In this document: piece by piece, positions 27,384 to 32,082 of the stretch
How the letters are laid out: each line of letters starts with the position of its first letter
How positions within the stretch are numbered: position 1 is the first letter of the stretch
Source: Coraliomargaritaceae bacterium
GTDB taxonomy: Bacteria > Verrucomicrobiota > Verrucomicrobiia > Opitutales > Coraliomargaritaceae
Direction: 5' to 3'
Assembly (NCBI GenBank): GCA_965656495.1
Contig: CBFHKU010000014.1
Coordinates: 1 to 32,082, forward strand
DNA length: 32,082 bases
The notes under the pieces: generated by a model
Seen by the model: the letters and a program-made list of their open reading frames with translations, nothing else
What the model was told of the DNA's origin: nothing
The model's database searches: none
Translations under genes and position numbers: made by a program

Positions 27384-28277
27384 ATGAAAAAGAAAGCAAT
27401 CTTAGGACTCATCATATTGAACATCGCAGGTGTCGCGCAGGCGCAGAGAACATTCACGGAAGTAACGGATACTAATGGTGACGGAACGGGTGATTACCTG
27501 TGGAGCACTACTGCGAACTGGGGCACTGGTGGGATGCCTGACTCAACCTCCGGAAACCCCACCAACAATGTTTCAATTTCTGAGGATGCGGATGTTGTGA
27601 TAAATGACGACACTGCTGTGGCGCGCAACTTGGTATTAAGAGAGGGCAGCTCTCTGACGGTGACGGCGGATGGTGAGCTGAACACGGGCAACTTTTTGGA
27701 TCTGCAGAAAAACGTGGATGTGAACAACTATGGCACGATTAACGTAGCGGCTAGATTTCTTCTGACGACGAATGGTGCTGACGCTTATAATCATGCTGGA
27801 GGGTCGATCACAGCCTCTAGCCTCGAGATACGGAAGAACGGCACCTTCCATATGCTGGGTGGAACCTTTAATTCTACTGGGGGGTTGATGGTTCAGGATG
27901 AACCCTCGCCCGGCGGTCATCTGAACGTGCATGGCGGCAGCATGAACTTCACGAATACGGACTGGTTTGATTCTTCTGTTACGGGTTGGGATTTAGAGGA
28001 CTACACGATCGATTTTGCGGGTACCGGTGAACTCGTTTTCGATTTGGACGACGTTACTGGTGAGACCCGTTACGGCCAGCTTGTGACCACTATTGGCGCT
28101 GCCATGACTGCTGGCCACATCACAACCGATGGTGTTGCGTCATCAGGAGCTACGATGGTGACAGATGATACCCTCAATACTATCACACTCACTGCCGTTC
28201 CCGAACCCGCCACTTACGCCTTCTTTGCGGGTTGCTTCGGTTTCGCATGGGTGATGCTTCGCCGTCGCCGATCCTGA
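27384..28277 (+). CDS. PEP-CTERM surface protein (Gly/Thr/Asn-rich, beta-helix-like)
   Basis: Signal peptide, WSTTANW motif and C-terminal VPEPATYAFFAGCFGFAWVMLRRRRS. Confidence 0.95.
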   Translation: MKKKAILGLIILNIAGVAQAQRTFTEVTDTNGDGTGDYLWSTTANWGTGGMPDSTSGNPTNNVSISEDADVVINDDTAVARNLVLREGSSLTVTADGELNTGNFLDLQKNVDVNNYGTINVAARFLLTTNGADAYNHAGGSITASSLEIRKNGTFHMLGGTFNSTGGLMVQDEPSPGGHLNVHGGSMNFTNTDWFDSSVTGWDLEDYTIDFAGTGELVFDLDDVTGETRYGQLVTTIGAAMTAGHITTDGVASSGATMVTDDTLNTITLTAVPEPATYAFFAGCFGFAWVMLRRRRS

Positions 28278-28282
28278 GCCTG

Positions 28283-28912
28283 CGGGCACAGCGCGCTCCG
28301 GCTGTGCCTTGCGTATCCGTTGCTCAGAGGTAGCTGCGTGCTTCAGCCGCAGTTTCGTCGTGTAAGTCTGCGTGTTGGTCGAACGCGGGCTGAAGCGCCG
28401 CGCTCCGGCTGTGCCTTGCGTATCCGTTGCTCAGAGGTAGCTGCGTGTCTATGCCCTAGGGGTGCTTCAGCCGCAGTTTCGTCGTGTAAGTCTGCGTGTT
28501 GGTCGAACGCGGGCTGAAGCGCCGCGCTCCGGCTTTGCCTTGCGTATCGGTTGCTCAGGGGTAGCTGCCTGTCTATGCCCTAGGGGTGCTTCAGCCGCAG
28601 TTTCGTTGTGCAAGTCTGCGTGTTGGTCGAACGCGGGCTAAAGCACCGCGCTCCGGCTTTGCCTTGCGTATCGGTTGCTCAGAGGTAGCTGCGTGTCTAT
28701 GCCCTAGGGGTGCTTTAGTCGTAGTTCCGTCGTGTAAGTCTACGTGTTGGTCGAACGCGGGCTAAAGCACCGCGCTCCGGCTGTGCCTTGCGTATCCGTT
28801 GCTCAGAGGTAGCTGCGCGCTTCAGCCGCAGTTTCGTCGTGTAAGTCTGCGTGTTGGTCGAACGCGGGCTGAAGGTTTCGATAGGCTCAAGCGGGCACAC
28901 CGCGCTCCGGGG
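28283..28912. repeat. Tandem array of inverted GTAG-type REP pairs (BIME-like), 5 units plus a partial sixth
   Basis: CGCGCTCCGG recurs at 28292, 28399, 28523, 28647, 28771 and 28901 (spacings 107, 124, 124, 124, 130). Each unit has GTAGCTGCGTGCTTCAGCCGC and the inverted GGAGCGCGGCGCTTCAGCCCGCG. Confidence 0.9.
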
Positions 28913-28945
28913 TTGCCTGCGGCTTTCTCGTTTAGCTCACGAGTC

Positions 28946-29578
28946 TTAAATCAGTCCTTGGCGGGTGGCTTTGGCGACGGCGGCAGTGAGGTTGGGCACG
29001 TCGAGTTTTTTGAAGGTGCCACGAATATGGAAACAGATGGTGTGGTAACTTAGGTTTAATTTTACGGCCACCTCTTTTTGGGTCAAGCCTAGCGCGAGGA
29101 GTTTGAGTATTTCAATTTCGCGCGGTGAGAGGGGGTTATTTTCGGTGATGTCGTGCCCGCACAAGACATGGAGCACAATGCGCGAAAGCTGGGCGTCGAC
29201 GTAGATTCCGCCCTCGGCGATAGCCCGAATAACCTCGCGGATTTTATTTACGGATGCGCCCTTGATCAAATATCCCGACGCATCGAGATGTAAGGCTTCC
29301 AGGACCGTTCGGAAATCGCTGTCTTGCGTTAATATAATCACATCGGTTTCAGGTGATGCGGCTTTGATCTGTGGCAGCATTTTGAGTCCATGCTCACCGG
29401 GCAGGTTGAGGTCGAGCAGCAGGATGTCGGGTTTTTCAAGCGTCGAATCTTTGAGTGTGCTGAGCAAGAGCTCGGCGGAAGGGAAAGCGGCGAGGCAGGT
29501 CATGTCGTCCGTCAGTTCAATAATCTTAAAGAGCGATTTCCGATACGAGGTGTTATCTTCTACTATAGCAATTTTCAT
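28946..29578 (-). CDS. NarL/LuxR-family response regulator (paralog of 19842..20483)
   Basis: MKIAIVEDN, LLDLNL, ASGYLIK and LSPREIEIL...LSYHTI motifs. Confidence 0.95.
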   Translation of the reverse strand: MKIAIVEDNTSYRKSLFKIIELTDDMTCLAAFPSAELLLSTLKDSTLEKPDILLLDLNLPGEHGLKMLPQIKAASPETDVIILTQDSDFRTVLEALHLDASGYLIKGASVNKIREVIRAIAEGGIYVDAQLSRIVLHVLCGHDITENNPLSPREIEILKLLALGLTQKEVAVKLNLSYHTICFHIRGTFKKLDVPNLTAAVAKATRQGLI

Positions 29579-29585
29579 AATATAA

Positions 29586-31520
29586 TTATTCATTTTTAGT
29601 GAGGGGCATGCTGCAGGTAACTGTGGTGCCTCCGGTGGCAGGGACAAGTACCTCAATTTTAGCGTTCAGTTTTTTTCCGCGTTTTAACAGGTGGGTGGGC
29701 CGGGCGTTCTTTGGCAGACCTTTTCCATTGTCGTGGATTTCAAGATAGAGTGCATTGCCTTTTTTTTGGGTTCGAATTTTGACAGTATCAGCGGCGGCGT
29801 GTTTAATGATATTGTTAAGGACTTCTTTAAAGAAGAGCAAGATATCCCACTTTTGGATCGAGGGCAGTTCGTTGAATTGCTTTTCTGCCTGCAAATCCAG
29901 AGTCACCTCGAGGCCTGAGAGCATTTGTCGGGCGGTGTTGCGGAAGCGTTCGATCAAGTCGCCCTGACTGGAGCCTTTTTCCAGAAACAGGATGAGCGCA
30001 CGGGTTTCTTTGGCACTGCGTTCGGCGCATTCGATAATATCCTTAATCAACTCGGCCTCATCAGCGCTGTTCTTCCCGTTGGAAAGTTCGGCGAGTAGTT
30101 GCGCGGAATTGACGATGCTGCTAAGCGTGGCGCCGGTTTCGTCGTGTAGATCGTCGGCGATCCGTTCGCGCTGGGCCTGAATCTTTTTGCGGTGTTGATA
30201 CCGGCTACGGCGGAGAATGAAGAGGAAGCACAGCAGGAGAAAGGGGATGCCCACCAGCAGGTTGCGAACCAGTGATTTTTGCCGGGTATAGCCCTGTTCC
30301 AGTTGCAGTAGCAGTTTGGCATGTTGCTGTTCGAGTTCCGCACGATGTGCCATCTGCAGGAACCACTGCTTTTGAGGGATGATTTTGCCAACAATGGAAT
30401 TTCCATCGGTCAGAATGGTGGGCGAGATCGTGACAGGTTGCCCCAGAACCAATGGTTCTTCGGTTCGAAAGGGTAGGCCGCGGAGCAGGTTTTCGCCGTT
30501 ATGCAACAATTCAATCTCCGAAAGTGAGAGGATCCGTGCCTTTTTGTAAGGATTCCTGCGGCCGTTTCGGAGGGTGAGTTGCACGTATCGCCCTGAAATC
30601 GTGCTGAGTTTTCGCGTGAGCGGGGCGCTGCTCATGTTAACCGGATAGTCTGACTGTGCGAGGACGATTGGCTCCGTGTCCTGAAACGAAGGGTCGGGTG
30701 ACAGCTTAAGCTCAATTTCCATCGGAAACCCAACTGCAGAAGAATGGATGTGCGGAAGATCCACCATGTAATTGTTTGGATAGAAGCGCGCTTCGTTTAG
30801 GCTTTGGATGGCTCCCAGATCAAAGATGAGACGGACTTCGTCTGCGTGGGTGCGAAAGTTCAGGAATGGATTGTTACGCGCCGGTTCATATGCCGGGAAA
30901 TAGGAATAGCCATCAACCAGATACTCGGGCGCGAACTTCATTTCCTGGATAAAAGGTTTTTCGCCGGAGACTTCGGCGTTGAGTGCGATGTTTTCTTCAC
31001 CCGAGAAAACCAGCAGTTCGTTTAGCATGAACACATATTTTCCGGGATTCAGGATTTGCGCCTGTACCAGCCGGGTGGCGGTCAGAGTGAGGCTTTTAAC
31101 GGGAGTCGGGTTGCTTGTGGTCAATACCACTGGCGTAATCCCCTCCAGGTGGAAGTCGGTTTTGGTGTAGTCTGCGATGCAGACCGTGTTGCCCTCGACC
31201 GTTTGCGCTTCGACTTTGAAATGCAGCGGAAACCCAATGGGGCGATACTTGTTCTTGTTGTTGAGGGAAGCGACTGGCACCAGCACCACGGTATCGATCG
31301 GTTTTGGCTCGGGAAAAGTAATGGTGAGCTGATCGCCCTCGTCTTCCGTTTTAAAGAATGCGGAACTGTAGCCCTGAGTCGGGATCAGGGTGTCGATTTT
31401 GAGGTGCGGCAGTTGTTCCAGTTGCGCTGCGGTCGCCTTGCGCTCGGCCTCCAGCCGATCCTGCTCAGGGGTGCAGCCCAAGAACAATATGCAAATGACA
31501 GCAGTGCATGTGAGTCTCAT
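29586..31520 (-). CDS. HisKA_3 sensor histidine kinase with a large extracytoplasmic domain (paralog of 20510..22426)
   Basis: MRLTCTAVICILFLGC lipoprotein-like start, GFP..F..E, FAPEYLVDGYSYFP, RIADDLHDETG and DNGKG. Confidence 0.92.
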   Translation of the reverse strand: MRLTCTAVICILFLGCTPEQDRLEAERKATAAQLEQLPHLKIDTLIPTQGYSSAFFKTEDEGDQLTITFPEPKPIDTVVLVPVASLNNKNKYRPIGFPLHFKVEAQTVEGNTVCIADYTKTDFHLEGITPVVLTTSNPTPVKSLTLTATRLVQAQILNPGKYVFMLNELLVFSGEENIALNAEVSGEKPFIQEMKFAPEYLVDGYSYFPAYEPARNNPFLNFRTHADEVRLIFDLGAIQSLNEARFYPNNYMVDLPHIHSSAVGFPMEIELKLSPDPSFQDTEPIVLAQSDYPVNMSSAPLTRKLSTISGRYVQLTLRNGRRNPYKKARILSLSEIELLHNGENLLRGLPFRTEEPLVLGQPVTISPTILTDGNSIVGKIIPQKQWFLQMAHRAELEQQHAKLLLQLEQGYTRQKSLVRNLLVGIPFLLLCFLFILRRSRYQHRKKIQAQRERIADDLHDETGATLSSIVNSAQLLAELSNGKNSADEAELIKDIIECAERSAKETRALILFLEKGSSQGDLIERFRNTARQMLSGLEVTLDLQAEKQFNELPSIQKWDILLFFKEVLNNIIKHAAADTVKIRTQKKGNALYLEIHDNGKGLPKNARPTHLLKRGKKLNAKIEVLVPATGGTTVTCSMPLTKNE

Positions 31521-31566
31521 CGCTTCTAATAGAACAGAAAACCCCGTAAAATGAAAGCCTCGCAAC

Positions 31567-31590
31567 CCTACTGATTTCATTAGCTTGTGC
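31567..31590. promoter_or_regulatory. Box B-like palindrome upstream of the second kinase
   Basis: CCTACTGATTTCATTAGC (31567-31584) abuts TTGTGC and matches the 27256 box at 15/18 positions. Confidence 0.6.
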
Positions 31591-31823
31591 AGATTGTTCT
31601 GAATTGAAGACAGTGGATGCGAATTTGGAACATTATAAATTAGCACATCGCGTCGGGTTGCTCAAAATATGTGCATTTAGATGGCTCAGCTGCCGGCGGA
31701 TTTCAGTTACGAAGCCCTTAAATATAAGTAAAGGACGACTTTATATGAAAAAAGACAGCCGATCGATTGCATAAAATGAAGGGGCAATGAACCACAAAGC
31801 AGTCGATGCAACAGGTAAAGCAC

Positions 31824-31870
31824 CACGCATATTTATGCGTGTTTACAAAAAGCTTACGAAATGTTACTTT
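31824..31870 (+). promoter_or_regulatory. Box A palindrome plus promoter
   Basis: CACGCATA-TT-TATGCGTG (31824-31841, perfect arms) abuts TTTACA; a 17-bp spacer leads to TGtTACTTT. Confidence 0.72.
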
Positions 31871-31949
31871 ATATATGATTTTTATCTTTTATTCCATGCA
31901 GCTAGCTGAATCCTAAAACTCTACTCAACTACCTAAACCCATACTCTAA

Positions 31950-32005
31950 ATGAAAAAGGAAGTTTACACTAACAGCCTTAATCCTCGGTACGACTGGTGT
32001 CGCAT
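31950..32005 (+). pseudogene. Signal-peptide relic interrupted by the terminal repeat
   Basis: ATG followed by A5. Removing one A gives MKRKFTLTALILGTTGVA, similar in style to the PEP-CTERM signal peptide at 27384. Confidence 0.5.
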
Positions 32006-32082
32006 TGGTCGAGGTGACTTAAACTGGTCCACTTGAAAAGTTAGTCTGGAACCCTAGAAAGGAACCAGACAATGAAAGGCAA
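32006..32082 (+). mobile_element. Left end of an IS3-like insertion sequence (partial)
   Basis: TG start, AGGA RBS and ATG at 32072 (MKG..). Exact inverted copy of 1-77. Confidence 0.65.

Noticed and set aside
28283..28912. CRISPR array
   Set aside because: The segments between repeats are near-identical rather than unique spacers, units are 107-130 bp, and no cas genes are present.
28320..29053. Small ORFs within the repeat array
   Set aside because: They are translations of the REP units, with no RBS or protein-like features.
31521..31646. N-terminal extension of kinase 2 (likewise 29579-29656 for regulator 2)
   Set aside because: The extensions overlap a regulatory box or the upstream gene. 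The downstream ATGs give canonical N-termini.
31640..31663. Additional box A copy (TTAGCACATCGCGTCGGG-TTGCTC)
   Set aside because: Weak palindrome with no convincing -10, so it was not counted.
1..32082. Terminal inverted repeats of a linear plasmid or phage
   Set aside because: There are no replication or phage genes. The repeat cuts ORFs, runs into an outward ATG, and its length equals a common assembly k-mer.

Overview
A 32-kb carbohydrate-sulfatase locus. The PEP-CTERM and SHD1 protein tails and the sulfatase density suggest a PVC-group bacterium such as an Opitutae/Puniceicoccaceae verrucomicrobium (inference, not a database result). It holds ten full-length or near-full-length Cys-type S1 sulfatases, two sulfatase pseudogenes, an HGGG-type esterase, a Tat-exported Gfo/Idh/MocA oxidoreductase, a DUF1080 (3-keto-disaccharide hydrolase-like) protein, a PEP-CTERM protein and two paralogous HisKA_3 kinase/NarL-LuxR regulator pairs. 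I recognise no glycoside hydrolase or sulfatase maturase. The window ends are an exact 77-bp inverted repeat that looks like the left end of an IS3-like element, and both junctions interrupt reading frames. Structure not explained by the ORF track: (i) six copies of an 18-bp palindromic box and two copies of a second box, each ending exactly at a -35-like hexamer (a candidate regulon); (ii) an identical 23-bp palindromic element present in frame between the signal peptide and catalytic domain of three divergent sulfatases; (iii) a GTAG-REP/BIME-like tandem array with nested insertions; (iv) two cassette-like genes with attC-like ends fused to a PEP-CTERM gene remnant; (v) many gene relics.
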